64,000 nucleotides of DNA from an uncultured Gammaproteobacteria bacterium (GCA_964276105.1 CAXYEE010000017.1:212-64211); one strand, 5' to 3'; numbered from the stretch's first letter, positions 19,025-30,329 are shown. Translations and numbers: made by a program. Notes: a model not told the origin generated them from the letters alone.

Positions 19025-20395
19025 TCACACCACCTCAAACAAACGCTCTACCTCATCAATTTGCCGACGATCTAATATAAATAGAATCACATGGTCATCT
19101 GACTCTATCACCGTATCATGATGGGCCATCATCACATCGTCACCACGAACGATAGCACTTATAGTTGCTCCAAGAGGAAGTCTAATATTTTCTATAGCCT
19201 TTCCAATAACTCGAGACTCACTAGCATTTCCATGAGCGATAGCCTCAATTGCCTCAGCGGCACGTTGCCTCAGCGAGTGAACTTTAACCACATCTCCTCG
19301 TCGCACATGAGCAAGTAGCGTACCTAAAGTAATTTGTGGTGGAGAAATCGCAACATCTATAGTGCCGGCGGCGACTAACTCCGTATAGGCTGGCTTATTG
19401 ATAAGAGCCATGACCTTGTGAGCTCCAAGTCTTTTTGCAAGCATTGCTGAAAGGATATTTGCTTCATCTGCATTTGTTACAGATACAAAAACATCTGCAC
19501 TGTCTATATTCTCCTCTAATAAAAAAGTCTCATCAGTTGCATCGCCCTTAAGCACCATAGTTTTATTTATTTTTTCTGACTCTGAAACAGCTTTAGCACG
19601 CTCCGAATGACGCTCGATTAGCTTTACATTATTTGTATCTTCTAGAGCGTGTGCAAGTCGAACACCGATATTTCCGCCACCTGCAATCACCACACTTCTA
19701 ACAGGCTCATCAAGCTTGCGCATCTCACTAAGCACAGCCCGAATATCTTTCCGAGCTGCAATAAAAAAGACCTCGTCACCTTCTTCAACAACAGTATCAC
19801 CTTCCGGGATGATACCTTCACCACCCCTATAGATAGCGACAACACGGCATTCTACGTTTGGGATATGCTGAGATAATTCTTTGAGTGGATGACCGATTAG
19901 CGCTCCACCTTCATGTGCACGAACAGCTACAAGCCTAACTTTTCCTTCCGCAAACTCAAGAACCTGTAGTGCGCCAGGAAAATGAATCAGCTCTTCAATA
20001 TGCTCAGTGACTAATTCCTCTGGACTTATAATGAAATCAACTGAAAAAACCCCATTTTTAAAAAGTTCTTGATGATTTGTGTACTCGGGTGCACGAATCC
20101 GTGCTATGCGCCTAGGGGTACCAAAAAGGGTATGAGCAACTTGGCAGGCAGTCATATTAATCTCATCGCTATTTGTAAGCGCGATGATCATATCGGCATC
20201 CTTAGCACCAGCTCGTTCTAAAACCTCAGGGTGAGATGCATTACCTACTACTGTTCGAGCATCTAACCGTTCCTGAAGTTTTTTCAGGACCAATTCATCT
20301 TGATCAACGATAGTGACCTGATGAGCCTCCTCACCCGCTAAACTTTCGGCGGCAGTTTCACCAACCTGCCCAGCACCCAGAATTAAAATATTCAT
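19025..20395 (-). CDS. trkA: Trk system NAD-binding subunit TrkA
   Basis: 456 aa; duplicated RCK N/C domains; MNILILGAGQVG and VVIAGGGNIG Rossmann motifs. Confidence 0.93.
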   Translation of the reverse strand: MNILILGAGQVGETAAESLAGEEAHQVTIVDQDELVLKKLQERLDARTVVGNASHPEVLERAGAKDADMIIALTNSDEINMTACQVAHTLFGTPRRIARIRAPEYTNHQELFKNGVFSVDFIISPEELVTEHIEELIHFPGALQVLEFAEGKVRLVAVRAHEGGALIGHPLKELSQHIPNVECRVVAIYRGGEGIIPEGDTVVEEGDEVFFIAARKDIRAVLSEMRKLDEPVRSVVIAGGGNIGVRLAHALEDTNNVKLIERHSERAKAVSESEKINKTMVLKGDATDETFLLEENIDSADVFVSVTNADEANILSAMLAKRLGAHKVMALINKPAYTELVAAGTIDVAISPPQITLGTLLAHVRRGDVVKVHSLRQRAAEAIEAIAHGNASESRVIGKAIENIRLPLGATISAIVRGDDVMMAHHDTVIESDDHVILFILDRRQIDEVERLFEVV

Positions 20396-20426
20396 GATGG
20401 GATATAGTCTTAAATCGAGGCGTAGT

Positions 20427-22604
20427 TTACATCAGTTCGAGATTTGCATATGCAATAACTAACCATTTCGTCCCTGCTTGCTCAAAATTCACCTGAACAC
20501 GAACATTGGAACCACTACCTTCACAGTTAAGAACAATTCCATCTCCAAATTTTTTATGCCTAACTCGTTGCCCAAGATGTACGCCAGGCGGCTCTTCAAT
20601 AAATTTTTTCTGTCTGTATGCTGGCTTAGATGCAGTCTGCCTGAACACTGGCCTAGATACTGAAAGTGTGGGCCTCACTTCTTCTAAAAGTTCTTGTGGA
20701 ATTTCTTTAATAAATCGTGAGGGAATGCCAAAGTTATCCGTGCCGTATAAGCGTCTCTGTTCAGCATAGGTCATCACAATTTTTTCTCTGGCTCTGGTCA
20801 AACCTACATAACATAAACGACGCTCCTCCTCTAATCCGCCTGCATCATTTATAGACCGTTGATGAGGAAACAACCCCTCCTCTAGACCAGATAGAAAAAC
20901 CAATGGAAATTCCAATCCTTTTGCTGAGTGTAAAGTCATCAGTTGAACGCTATCCTCGAAAGCTTCGGCCTGAACATCCCCTGATTCTAATACCGCATAG
21001 GAAAGAAATTCTACGAGTGGCGGCAAGTCGGAATTATCATCACTGATCAGTCCATGAGCCGCACTAACCAGTTCCTTTAGATTCTCTACCTTAGTCTCAC
21101 CACGCACATGCCCATCCCGACCATGGTGGCTTATTAGGCCACTTTCCTCAGTAACGCGGCTAACCTGCTCATGCAGAACCAAATCACGAGTATCCTTATC
21201 TAATCTTTCCACTAACCCAAGAAACACGGAGAGCGCTAGACTGGAGCGCTTAGGAATCTGTCCAGCTTTAATGAGTGCAGCAGCTGCATACCAAAGACTT
21301 AGGCCTGCACGCGCTGCTTCGCCACGCACAGCCTCCATAGTGCGTGCTCCAATTCCACGCGGTGGCATATTAACCGCGCGCTCGAATGAAGGATCATCAT
21401 TTCTATTAGCGATAAGCCGCATATATGCTAATGCATCCTTGATCTCAGCACGCTCAAAAAACCTTAATCCACCATATACTCGATAAGGTATTCCAGCGGC
21501 AAGAAGTGATTCCTCAAAAACTCTTGACTGAGCATTCGATCTATAAAGTATCGCAACATCACTTCTTGAGTTTCCTTGCCCGATGTAATCGGTGATGCGG
21601 TTAATTACAAACTCAGCCTCATCTCTCTCGTTAAAGGCAGAGTAGAGGGTTAATGGCTCTCCAGCTTCTCCTTCCGTCCATAATTTTTTGCCTAAACGAG
21701 AGCTATTGTTAGTAATAACTGAATTAGCCGCATGCAAAATATTTGCCGTAGATCGGTAATTCTGTTCTAACCTTATTACCTTAGCTCCCTGAAAATCTTT
21801 CTCAAAAAAATGTAAGTTCTCAACTCGCGCCCCTCTCCATCGGTAAATTGATTGATCATCATCACCAACGAAAAAAGGTGTTGCTTGTGTTCCTGCCAAG
21901 AGCTTTAACCACTGGTACTGAATTGTGTTGGTATCTTGAAACTCATCTACAAGTAAATGTTGGAACCGGGATTGATATTTATTGAGTATGTCAGCCCTTT
22001 CCTTTAGCAACTCCAAAACACGTAAAAGCAGTTCACCAAAATCTACAACAGATGATTCAGCACATGCTTTTTCATAGCGCGCATAGATCTCTATCATCTG
22101 CTTGCGAGCAGAATTCCCTTCATCATCAATGCTGCCTGGCCGCAGACCCGCATCCTTTTGTGCGTTTATGAACCACTGTACTTCTCGAGGACTATAGTTA
22201 TCTTCATCAATACCTAGCCTTTTAAAAAGTCGTCGAATCATGCGTAGCTGATCCTCCGAATCCATAATCTGAAACGCTTCTGTTAATCCGCTTTCCTGCC
22301 AATGCATTCTTAGTAGTCGGTGTGCCAACCCATGAAAAGTGCCTATCCAGAATTGCTTGGTCGGAACACCTAGGAGCATCTCAATCCTCTGGTGCATCTC
22401 CATAGCAGCTTTATTCGTAAATGTGACAGCACAAAGCTGTTGTGGTGATAAGCCTTCAACACTGATCAGCCAGGCTATCCGATGAACTAATACTCTTGTC
22501 TTGCCACTACCAGCCCCAGCTAATACCAGTGTCGGCTGCCCAGGTGTGGTCACTGCCTCCCTCTGCGCATCGTTCAACGGGTCGATAATCGCGGTAACGT
22601 CCAT
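20427..22604 (-). CDS. uvrD: DNA helicase II UvrD
   Basis: 725 aa; SF1 motifs AGAGSGKT, DEFQDTN, YRSN, TLHSAKGLEF, VGLTRA; C-terminal Tudor-like tail FGDGIVL. Confidence 0.9.
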   Translation of the reverse strand: MDVTAIIDPLNDAQREAVTTPGQPTLVLAGAGSGKTRVLVHRIAWLISVEGLSPQQLCAVTFTNKAAMEMHQRIEMLLGVPTKQFWIGTFHGLAHRLLRMHWQESGLTEAFQIMDSEDQLRMIRRLFKRLGIDEDNYSPREVQWFINAQKDAGLRPGSIDDEGNSARKQMIEIYARYEKACAESSVVDFGELLLRVLELLKERADILNKYQSRFQHLLVDEFQDTNTIQYQWLKLLAGTQATPFFVGDDDQSIYRWRGARVENLHFFEKDFQGAKVIRLEQNYRSTANILHAANSVITNNSSRLGKKLWTEGEAGEPLTLYSAFNERDEAEFVINRITDYIGQGNSRSDVAILYRSNAQSRVFEESLLAAGIPYRVYGGLRFFERAEIKDALAYMRLIANRNDDPSFERAVNMPPRGIGARTMEAVRGEAARAGLSLWYAAAALIKAGQIPKRSSLALSVFLGLVERLDKDTRDLVLHEQVSRVTEESGLISHHGRDGHVRGETKVENLKELVSAAHGLISDDNSDLPPLVEFLSYAVLESGDVQAEAFEDSVQLMTLHSAKGLEFPLVFLSGLEEGLFPHQRSINDAGGLEEERRLCYVGLTRAREKIVMTYAEQRRLYGTDNFGIPSRFIKEIPQELLEEVRPTLSVSRPVFRQTASKPAYRQKKFIEEPPGVHLGQRVRHKKFGDGIVLNCEGSGSNVRVQVNFEQAGTKWLVIAYANLELM

Positions 22605-22631
22605 GGTAAAAAGCAGCTTTAGATTTTAGAG

Positions 22632-23546
22632 CTACTCAGGCCAGATAACGGGCATATAATGGTCTGCCAACAGGAAGCCAAATAATGCCATCAAATAACT
22701 GATTGAATATCCAAATGTTTTCATGGCCATATGTTCGTCACGACCCCACTTCAACTGGATTGCATAACAGAGAAATCCAGCCCCCAGCAGTACCGCAGCA
22801 AACAAATATAGAACGCCGGTCATCCCAGTGATATAAGGCAGCACAGAAATAATAATCAATAGAATTGTGTAGTACACAATGAAAGATTTTGTGACCTCTG
22901 GTCCGTGGGTCACGGGCAACATCGGCACACCAGCTTTCGCATAATCGTCCCTGCGCGCTACTGCTAATGCCCAAAAATGAGGTGGAGTCCATGTAAAAAT
23001 TATCAGGAACAATAACAAAGCATATCCACTAACTTCGTTGGTTACGGCTGTCCAACCAAGCACTGGAGGAGAAGCACCAGCTGCACCACCAATGACTATA
23101 TTTTGTGGTGTTGCTCTTTTTAGGTAAACCGTATAAACCACTGCATACCCGATAAGAGAAAGAAAGGTTAGCGCTGCGGTAAGAATATTAATAAAAAAAA
23201 TAAGTATTGCTATGCCAGTAAAACCAAGCGCTATAGCAAAAATCAGGGCATCTCTATCATTGATTAGCCCCTTAGGCATAGGTCTATCACGAGTCCGCAG
23301 CATTTCTGCATCTAAACGTTGATCAAGAATATGATTTACAGCAGCGCCCGACGCAGCGGAAAGCCCAATACCCAAGCTAGCAAATAGCAATATTTTCCAA
23401 TCCACTGATCCGGGCGTAGAAAGAAACATCCCGACGATAGCAGTAAAAACCAGGAGTTGAACTACGCCAGGCTTAGTAAGAACGTAATAATCACGCCAAG
23501 TAGCTGTTACAGGCGAGTCAGCTGTTTCTAATTCTTTGGTTAGCAT
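22632..23546 (-). CDS. ctaB: Protohaem IX farnesyltransferase (haem O synthase)
   Basis: UbiA-superfamily motif NHILDQRLDAEMLRTRDRP; 304 aa, about 8-9 TM; follows ctaA. Confidence 0.92.
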   Translation of the reverse strand: MLTKELETADSPVTATWRDYYVLTKPGVVQLLVFTAIVGMFLSTPGSVDWKILLFASLGIGLSAASGAAVNHILDQRLDAEMLRTRDRPMPKGLINDRDALIFAIALGFTGIAILIFFINILTAALTFLSLIGYAVVYTVYLKRATPQNIVIGGAAGASPPVLGWTAVTNEVSGYALLLFLIIFTWTPPHFWALAVARRDDYAKAGVPMLPVTHGPEVTKSFIVYYTILLIIISVLPYITGMTGVLYLFAAVLLGAGFLCYAIQLKWGRDEHMAMKTFGYSISYLMALFGFLLADHYMPVIWPE

Positions 23547-24510
23547 TTAGAACCATTATTAACAATAAAGCTCCCACACCATTATGGGCAACTGCAACGG
23601 CAAGTGGTGCACCGTATAAAACTATACTTATTCCTAAAATCACCTGGGCTAAAAGAGTTGTCAGCAATCCAAGACCATCAAACCTAAGCCATGGTCTCCT
23701 GAACATCAACCATCCTAAAACGCTAAGCACAAAAAATGTCGCAATTGCACCAATTCGATGCGTGAAATGGATAGCTACCCGAGCCGGATTGTCTAGTACT
23801 CCTCCTTCATAGTCTATGCCCACGCCCCTCCACATAACGAATCCTTCATGAAAATCGGTTACCGGTGGCCACCATCGAGTCTGACAAGTAGGAAAATCAG
23901 GGCATGCCAAAGCAGCATAGTTAGCGCTCGTCCACCCACCTAAGGAAATTTGAACGAAAAGTATCACCATGGCTAGCAGCCCTAGATTTTTTAATGGTCG
24001 AGCATGAGAACGCCCCACTAAATTAGATGTTCGCCATCTTCCTAGCCAAAACAAGAGTCCCAGTGTAGTGAAACCACCTAATAAATGAGCCATCACAACC
24101 ACGGGTTTCAGGAGTAACGTAACCGTCCACATCCCCAAGATTCCCTGAAAAATCACTACCCCTACTAGAACAAAAGGTAGGCGGGTAGGCTGTTCAGGAT
24201 CATGACGATTGATCCAAGCCATACCTGCTAACAAGACACATAAAAAACCAAGACTGCTAGCAAGATAGCGATGAATCATCTCACGCCACGCTTTACCAAC
24301 TTCGAGAGGACGTTCTGGAAAATCAGAGAGTGCATCCGCACGCTCTATTGGACTATCGGGGACAAAAAGTTGTCCATAGCAACCAGGCCAATCTGGACAA
24401 CCCAGTCCTGCATCTGTCAAACGGACCCATGCTCCTATGGTCACAACTAGAAAGGCAAGAAAAAGTCCAATACGAGCTAATGTTAAAAAATAACCCTTCA
24501 ATCTAGACAA
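23518..24510 (-). CDS. ctaA: Haem A synthase (COX15/CtaA)
   Basis: 330 aa, 8 TM; Cys pairs GCPDWPGC and CPDFPTC; conserved His residues in TM helices. Confidence 0.88.
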   Translation of the reverse strand: MSRLKGYFLTLARIGLFLAFLVVTIGAWVRLTDAGLGCPDWPGCYGQLFVPDSPIERADALSDFPERPLEVGKAWREMIHRYLASSLGFLCVLLAGMAWINRHDPEQPTRLPFVLVGVVIFQGILGMWTVTLLLKPVVVMAHLLGGFTTLGLLFWLGRWRTSNLVGRSHARPLKNLGLLAMVILFVQISLGGWTSANYAALACPDFPTCQTRWWPPVTDFHEGFVMWRGVGIDYEGGVLDNPARVAIHFTHRIGAIATFFVLSVLGWLMFRRPWLRFDGLGLLTTLLAQVILGISIVLYGAPLAVAVAHNGVGALLLIMVLNANQRIRNS

Positions 24511-25090
24511 CCTGTCTAATGGCTATAAGCCTCTTAAGATCACGTAGCAAACCGTCTTGCTCAGCATCAGGTGGATAACTAAAAACAAGCTTGCCATTAG
24601 GATTAGCTATATAAATCCGACCTTCCATAAGGAAATCCTCGCCCAAAACCCTCCTCAAAGGAGCTGCTGTAGAACTTTCGATACGCCCAATAATTAGTCC
24701 ATCAGGGAGCCCAGGGCTGCTCAATGAAACACTATTTTTCTCGCCATACAAATAAACCAACTGTATATCTTCAAGTTCATTTGAAGCGGCAAGTTGTACA
24801 CCCTCTAATACATTCAGACTACGCAAACAGTTCTCACCACAATCAGAAATATGAGCATAGATCAAAGACCAGCGGCCACGTGCCCAATCCGACTCTAGAA
24901 GACCGCCACTATTAAGCTCTAGAGTGGACTCAGGCAACACAACTGTTGACTTGTATCGTTCTCCATAAGGTAGCTGTATTTGAGGCAACCATCCAAGCTC
25001 CCACGGCCCAAAAATTGCTAAGGCGACTAGCACGGGTGGCCCAAAAAATAGCACAGCTAAAATTCGTGATTCCCAGGAATGCTTTCTCAT
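24503..25090 (-). CDS. Membrane-anchored SCO1/SenC-like thioredoxin-fold protein (divergent)
   Basis: N-terminal TM. RGRWSLIYAHISDCGENC matches the SCO pattern GKW-L-YFGFT-C-x3-C, and IYIANPNGKLV matches the SCO beta-strand. 8-nt overlap with ctaA. Confidence 0.5.
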   Translation of the reverse strand: MRKHSWESRILAVLFFGPPVLVALAIFGPWELGWLPQIQLPYGERYKSTVVLPESTLELNSGGLLESDWARGRWSLIYAHISDCGENCLRSLNVLEGVQLAASNELEDIQLVYLYGEKNSVSLSSPGLPDGLIIGRIESSTAAPLRRVLGEDFLMEGRIYIANPNGKLVFSYPPDAEQDGLLRDLKRLIAIRQVV

Positions 25091-25264
25091 GGCTTACAGT
25101 GCGGGTTCTCGATACCGGTTAAAAATCAATGGCTAAAAGGTGCAGTGGCTCCACTGTTCAAAGATTAGCCACATATGAATAAACTTATCGCCCTTACTAC
25201 AAGCTAATATGCAACCCTTAGGCATTAAGACTGCAGAATGGAAATTGTACCAGAATTGCTCCGG

Positions 25265-26182
25265 TTAACTCGTACCGTCTGTATCAACTGACTGACGTTC
25301 ACTCGGCAGTCCTTCGGTAATATCTTCGATAGGTATGCTAACAACCTTATCATTAGGTTTTGTTGCGCTAGCCAAACCCCAAGCGAGCCCAAAAACCAGC
25401 TCAACACTAATAGAGAGTTGTCCCTCAACTCTGCATGCCTCTAACTGATTACAAAAACTCTCCCAACGACCAGGACTGGTCAACTGCATCCTTCTACCGA
25501 AAGCCATATTTGTCGCTCCAGTAGCTCTTAAATCCTCGAAAAGCCGTTCCCGAAGTTGGTAAGTTAATTGAAACCGATCAATATCTATTACAGGCTCAGT
25601 CAATCCTGATCGTACTGCAATATCTCCAAGATCATGCATATCCAAAAAACCGTGAACATGTATATTTTCATCAATCCCAATCCAGGCGCGGCGAATTTCT
25701 TGAAAGGTGTCTGGCCCCACCGTGGTAAATACTATTAAGCCACCATCGCGCAACACTCTGGCAGCCTCTTGAAATAGCCCTTGGGGATCACACCAAGGCA
25801 GTATCAGGTTCGCAAATATTAAATCTACCGTGTCATCTAAAAGTGGCAATTTTTGTGCATCTCCCACTAGCGAAGTTACAGAACCTAGGTTGTCACAACG
25901 GTTTTGAGTAATACTTGCCATCGGTGTTGCAAGGTCAATAGCAACAACTTCTGCGTTAGGATATAACGCATCTAGTTCTACAGTTGCCTTGCCAGTTGCC
26001 GATCCAAGGTCTAATACTCGGCGTGGTTTGAGCTCAAAAAACGGTAGTCGTTCAAGCATCCTACTTCGCGCCTCAGAATGGATAACATCTGCACTATCAA
26101 AGGTAGCGGCTGCCCTAGCAAACCGTACTAAAGCTAGCTTTCTATCTGGCAAACCGATAAGTCGTGATTGATCTTTAGTCAT
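25265..26182 (-). CDS. bioC: Malonyl-ACP O-methyltransferase BioC-like SAM methyltransferase
   Basis: RFARAAATFDSADVIHSEARSRMLERL plus SAM motif VLDLGSATG and DLIFANLILPW, collinear with E. coli BioC. Directly downstream of bioB. About 45-aa acidic C-terminal extension. Confidence 0.75.
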   Translation of the reverse strand: MTKDQSRLIGLPDRKLALVRFARAAATFDSADVIHSEARSRMLERLPFFELKPRRVLDLGSATGKATVELDALYPNAEVVAIDLATPMASITQNRCDNLGSVTSLVGDAQKLPLLDDTVDLIFANLILPWCDPQGLFQEAARVLRDGGLIVFTTVGPDTFQEIRRAWIGIDENIHVHGFLDMHDLGDIAVRSGLTEPVIDIDRFQLTYQLRERLFEDLRATGATNMAFGRRMQLTSPGRWESFCNQLEACRVEGQLSISVELVFGLAWGLASATKPNDKVVSIPIEDITEGLPSERQSVDTDGTS

Positions 26183-26226
26183 AGATCAAAAAATCAAGTA
26201 GTAGAGCCTGGAATTAAACTTAATGA

Positions 26227-27249
26227 TCAGCTCGCATTTTTTGCTGGTTCAGGCTTAAGACCTAACTTAGAAAAAAGCGCCTGGTCTGCTTCATGCTCTG
26301 GGTTTTCAGTAGTGAGCAATATATCGCCATAGAAGATTGAGTTGGCGCCTGCGGCAAAACAAAGCGCCTGTAATTCATCTGTAAACTCTCCACGCCCTGC
26401 CGAAAGGCGCACATGTGAACGTGGCATAAGGATTCGTGCAACCCCAATAGTACGAGCAAATTCTAGGCCATCAACACAACCCTTCTCAGCTAGCGGCGTT
26501 CCAGGAATAGGTACAAGTTGGTTAATAGGTACACTTTCAGGCTGAGGCACAAGAGTAGATAGCGTATGAAGAAGAGAGACACGATCAGAACGATTTTCTC
26601 CCATTCCAACAATGCCACCACAACATACTTTCATTCCTGCCGCCCTCACATGCTCAAGAGTATTGAGTCGATCTGAGAAGCTACGGGTAGTTATAATTTT
26701 TGGGTAATAAGACTCTGATGTATCTAAGTTATGGTTATAAAAATCTAGCCCTGCACAGGCAAGCTGCTCAGCTTGCGTTTGTGTTAGTAACCCCAGCGTT
26801 GCACAAGTTTCCATTCCCATAGCTTTAATTTCGGCAATCATCTGTGCAATTTTCTCTACCTGCTTATCTTTCGGCCCTCGATACGCGGCTCCCATACAAA
26901 AGCGTGTCGCTCCAGCAGCTTTAGCCTCCCTCGCAGCTAACCTCACCTCATCAAGCGACATAAGGCTTTCGGTCTGTACATCAGTGTTATACCGAATGCT
27001 TTGTGGGCAGTAAGCACAGTCCTCTGGACATCCTCCTGTTTTGATAGATAACAATGTGGAGATTTGCACGGCATTAGCATCAAAGTTTTTCCTATGGACC
27101 CATTGAGCTGCATATAGAAGGTCATTTAGAGGCATATCAAATAGTGCTGCAACAGCTGAAAGTTGCCAGTCTGTTTTAGTTTCTCCTGTAATCAGGATTT
27201 CACCAACTTGTAGTTGGCAAGTTCTAATTTTTTTGTTTTCAGTAGTCAT
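26227..27249 (-). CDS. bioB: Biotin synthase
   Basis: Radical-SAM [11 protein letters not shown]; YNHNLDTS; 340 aa. Confidence 0.95.
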   Translation of the reverse strand: MTTENKKIRTCQLQVGEILITGETKTDWQLSAVAALFDMPLNDLLYAAQWVHRKNFDANAVQISTLLSIKTGGCPEDCAYCPQSIRYNTDVQTESLMSLDEVRLAAREAKAAGATRFCMGAAYRGPKDKQVEKIAQMIAEIKAMGMETCATLGLLTQTQAEQLACAGLDFYNHNLDTSESYYPKIITTRSFSDRLNTLEHVRAAGMKVCCGGIVGMGENRSDRVSLLHTLSTLVPQPESVPINQLVPIPGTPLAEKGCVDGLEFARTIGVARILMPRSHVRLSAGRGEFTDELQALCFAAGANSIFYGDILLTTENPEHEADQALFSKLGLKPEPAKNAS

Positions 27250-27277
27250 AAGGTTATGAGTTTAAAGCGTCCACAAT

Positions 27278-28207
27278 TTAACTAGCAAACAAGTAATCCA
27301 ACACGATACCAGTTAAAACAAATAAACCGAGAGTAGCGTTATTTTTAAATGCAATAAAGCAGCGCAGAGAATCACGATTTCGAATCAGATACTGCTGATA
27401 AAGGAACAATATCGCGGCAATACCAATACTACTCAGAAACCAACCTCCTAAATTTGCACTCTGACCAACAAGAATCATTCCCACCAAAAACATTAGCTGT
27501 AAAACACCAACAAATATTCGATCTAAATCACCAAAAAGAATGGCGACTGACTTGATCCCAATTTTTAAATCTTCATTACGGTCTGCCATCGCATACTCAG
27601 TATCATAAATCACTCCCCATATTATCGTGTTGATAAATAAGAGCCAGCCTACTCTAGGAACAAATTCCAACTGAGCAGCAAAAGCCATAGGCACGCCCCA
27701 AGCGAAAGCCACTCCAAGCACTAATTGAGGAAATGAAATAAAACGTTTGCTGAAAGGGTATAGGATCGTAATTAATGCTCCGGCAACGGCTAGACCTTGG
27801 GTCAATCTATTCATTGTGATAACTAACCCAAAGCCTACTAACATTAATATTATGAACAGCGTAATTGCGTCTCTGACATTAATTTTTCCCGTTGCAAGAG
27901 GCCTATCTTTAGTCCGCTCAACAAAAGAATCTATATTGCGATCAGCATAATCATTAATAATGCATCCAGCAGAACGTAGAATCACTGTGCCTATTATAAA
28001 AACAACAAGGACATACTCATCTGGCCGGCCTTCACCGGCAATTAAAAGTGCCCATAAAGTAGGCCAGAGCAACAACCAAATCCCTACGGGTTGGTGCAAT
28101 CTCATGAGTCTTAGATAAGCTGTACGCTGTTTAAAAATAGCGCCTAAATGTTTTTTTGTTTGCTCCAAAAATCGGATCATTACCAGTCTGCTGTGAGTTA
28201 GGTTCAT
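27278..28207 (-). CDS. ubiA: 4-hydroxybenzoate polyprenyltransferase
   Basis: LRLMRLHQPVGIWLLLWPTLWAL and NDYADRNID motif. The true start may be an internal Met (for example MIRFLEQ). Confidence 0.9.
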   Translation of the reverse strand: MNLTHSRLVMIRFLEQTKKHLGAIFKQRTAYLRLMRLHQPVGIWLLLWPTLWALLIAGEGRPDEYVLVVFIIGTVILRSAGCIINDYADRNIDSFVERTKDRPLATGKINVRDAITLFIILMLVGFGLVITMNRLTQGLAVAGALITILYPFSKRFISFPQLVLGVAFAWGVPMAFAAQLEFVPRVGWLLFINTIIWGVIYDTEYAMADRNEDLKIGIKSVAILFGDLDRIFVGVLQLMFLVGMILVGQSANLGGWFLSSIGIAAILFLYQQYLIRNRDSLRCFIAFKNNATLGLFVLTGIVLDYLFAS

Positions 28208-28246
28208 AGCAATTCCATTGTATAAGTCGTTCGGAAATCGACCAAT

Positions 28247-30322
28247 TTAAACCTTTGCATATTCACTTGAACTGTTATTCCAACGCTTAATAAGAGGCTC
28301 TACGCTTTTAGGGGAATCGCATAATAAATTTTCCGATAATTCTATTACCTGCGGAAGCAAATCCATATCTCTCATAAGGTCTGCAACTTTTAGTTGCATG
28401 ATTCCTGTCTGACGGGTACCTAGCATATCCCCCGGTCCTCTAAGCTCTAGATCTTTTTGCGCCACTAGAAAACCATCCGACGTCTCACGCATAACACTAA
28501 GCCGCTCTCGAGCCAATTTCGATATTGGCATTTTAAATAGCAATACACAGCTCGAGACTTGGCTACCCCTACCTACTCTCCCACGCAGCTGGTGTAACTG
28601 AGAAAGACCCATTCGCTCAGAATTCTCAATTATCATTAGACTTGCATTGGGAACATCAACTCCCACTTCAATTACCGTCGTTGCTACTAGCAAGTTCAGT
28701 TCACCATTTTTGAACCGCTGCATAGTTAATTCTTTCTCATGGGATTTCATCCGGCCATGGATCAACCCAACCACCAACTTAGGCAAGGCTATTTCTAACT
28801 CTCGAGCTAGGTCTGTAGCAGCTTGAGAATTAATTACTTCCGATTCTTCGATTAACGGGCAAACCCAATAAGCCTGCTGACCAGAAAGGCAATGGGCCAG
28901 GACTCGCTGAACTAGCTCAGGCCGACGGTTTTCCGGCATAGCTACTGTCTTTACTGGCTTCCGACCAGGCGGCAACTCATCGATAACTGAACAATCTAAA
29001 TCAGAATAAACCGTCATCGCCAATGTACGTGGGATCGGTGTAGCCGTCATCACAAGTTGGTGTGGCGATTGTCTACCCCTCTGTCCCTTTTTCTTAAATT
29101 CAAGCCTCTGTGCTACACCAAAGCGATGCTGTTCATCCACAATCATTAATGCCAGGTTCTTGAATTGGACTGCACGCTGAAAGAGCGCATGCGTGCCAAC
29201 CACAATCTGTGCCTCACCAGAAGAAATAGCTTTTAGAGTTGCTGCACGTTCAGGTCCAAGAATACCGCCAACTAATGTAACCACCTTGACGCCTAGAGGA
29301 TCTAACCAGCGTGTTAGATTATCAAAATGCTGCTCGGCCAAGAGCTCGGTCGGCGCCATAAAGCCTGCTTGAAAACCGGAGGAGCCCGCAACTAATGCCG
29401 CTATTGCTGCAACTATGGTTTTTCCTGATCCAACGTCTCCTTGCAAAAGCCTATGCATAGGAACTCTTTTAGCTAAATCAGTCACTATTTCACTAATTAC
29501 ATGCTCCTGGGCACCGGTCAATTGATACGGCAGTCCATACCTAAGTTTGGGAATTAGCTTTTTAACATCTCTTAGAGGGACAGCTTGTTCTGTAGTTCTA
29601 GTCAGATTCATCTGACGAAGAGTCAATCGCTGTGCAATTAGCTCTTCAAGTGCAATTCTGCGCTGGGATGGATGGGTTTTATTAATTAGGGCACTTACCT
29701 CACTACCCTGAGGAGGACGATGTAGAAATCGTAATGAATCGTCGAGTGCTGGCCAGTCCTTAGTCAGATAATCACGAAGATAATCAGTCATAGGGTTATT
29801 CTCTAGGATAGCAAGAGCCTGATCAGTAAGTTGTCTTAGACGTTGTTGGTGAATCCCTTCTGTGGTTGGGTAGACGGGCGTTAGAACATTATCTGGAGGG
29901 TCTGAGTCTAAACTTAATACTTTATACTCTGGATGAACCATCTCCGGTCCCGTTGGACCAGCTCTCACATCACCAAAACATCTGATGCGCACTCCTCGGG
30001 CTAATTGTTTTTGTTGGGCATTATTGAAATAAAAAAACCGTAGAGTAAGCGAACCAGTCCCATCAGCTATGCGGCACAGAAGCGAGCGTCGACGTCGAAA
30101 AACTACCTCAGAAAGTTCTAGTTCACCTTCCACTAAAACTTTACTGCCAGGACGTAATGCACTTAAAGACTGAATCTCCGTCCGGTCCTCATAACGAATA
30201 GGTAAAAGGTAGAGAAGATCACCAATACAATCAACGCCGAGCCTTTGCAGCCGTTGTGCAACCCATGGGCCAACTCCCCTTAAAGTCGCTACTGAACTGT
30301 CTAGTGCTGGGCTTACACTCAC
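28247..30322 (-). CDS. recG: ATP-dependent DNA helicase RecG
   Basis: 691 aa; wedge domain plus SF2 motifs [32 protein letters not shown]. Confidence 0.95.
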   Translation of the reverse strand: MSVSPALDSSVATLRGVGPWVAQRLQRLGVDCIGDLLYLLPIRYEDRTEIQSLSALRPGSKVLVEGELELSEVVFRRRRSLLCRIADGTGSLTLRFFYFNNAQQKQLARGVRIRCFGDVRAGPTGPEMVHPEYKVLSLDSDPPDNVLTPVYPTTEGIHQQRLRQLTDQALAILENNPMTDYLRDYLTKDWPALDDSLRFLHRPPQGSEVSALINKTHPSQRRIALEELIAQRLTLRQMNLTRTTEQAVPLRDVKKLIPKLRYGLPYQLTGAQEHVISEIVTDLAKRVPMHRLLQGDVGSGKTIVAAIAALVAGSSGFQAGFMAPTELLAEQHFDNLTRWLDPLGVKVVTLVGGILGPERAATLKAISSGEAQIVVGTHALFQRAVQFKNLALMIVDEQHRFGVAQRLEFKKKGQRGRQSPHQLVMTATPIPRTLAMTVYSDLDCSVIDELPPGRKPVKTVAMPENRRPELVQRVLAHCLSGQQAYWVCPLIEESEVINSQAATDLARELEIALPKLVVGLIHGRMKSHEKELTMQRFKNGELNLLVATTVIEVGVDVPNASLMIIENSERMGLSQLHQLRGRVGRGSQVSSCVLLFKMPISKLARERLSVMRETSDGFLVAQKDLELRGPGDMLGTRQTGIMQLKVADLMRDMDLLPQVIELSENLLCDSPKSVEPLIKRWNNSSSEYAKV

Positions 30323-30329
30323 AAAACAT

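Noticed and set aside
25139-25165. Short palindrome CAGTGG-ct-CCACTG downstream of bioC as a terminator
   Set aside because: The loop is only 2 nt and there is no U-tract on the transcribed (minus) strand.
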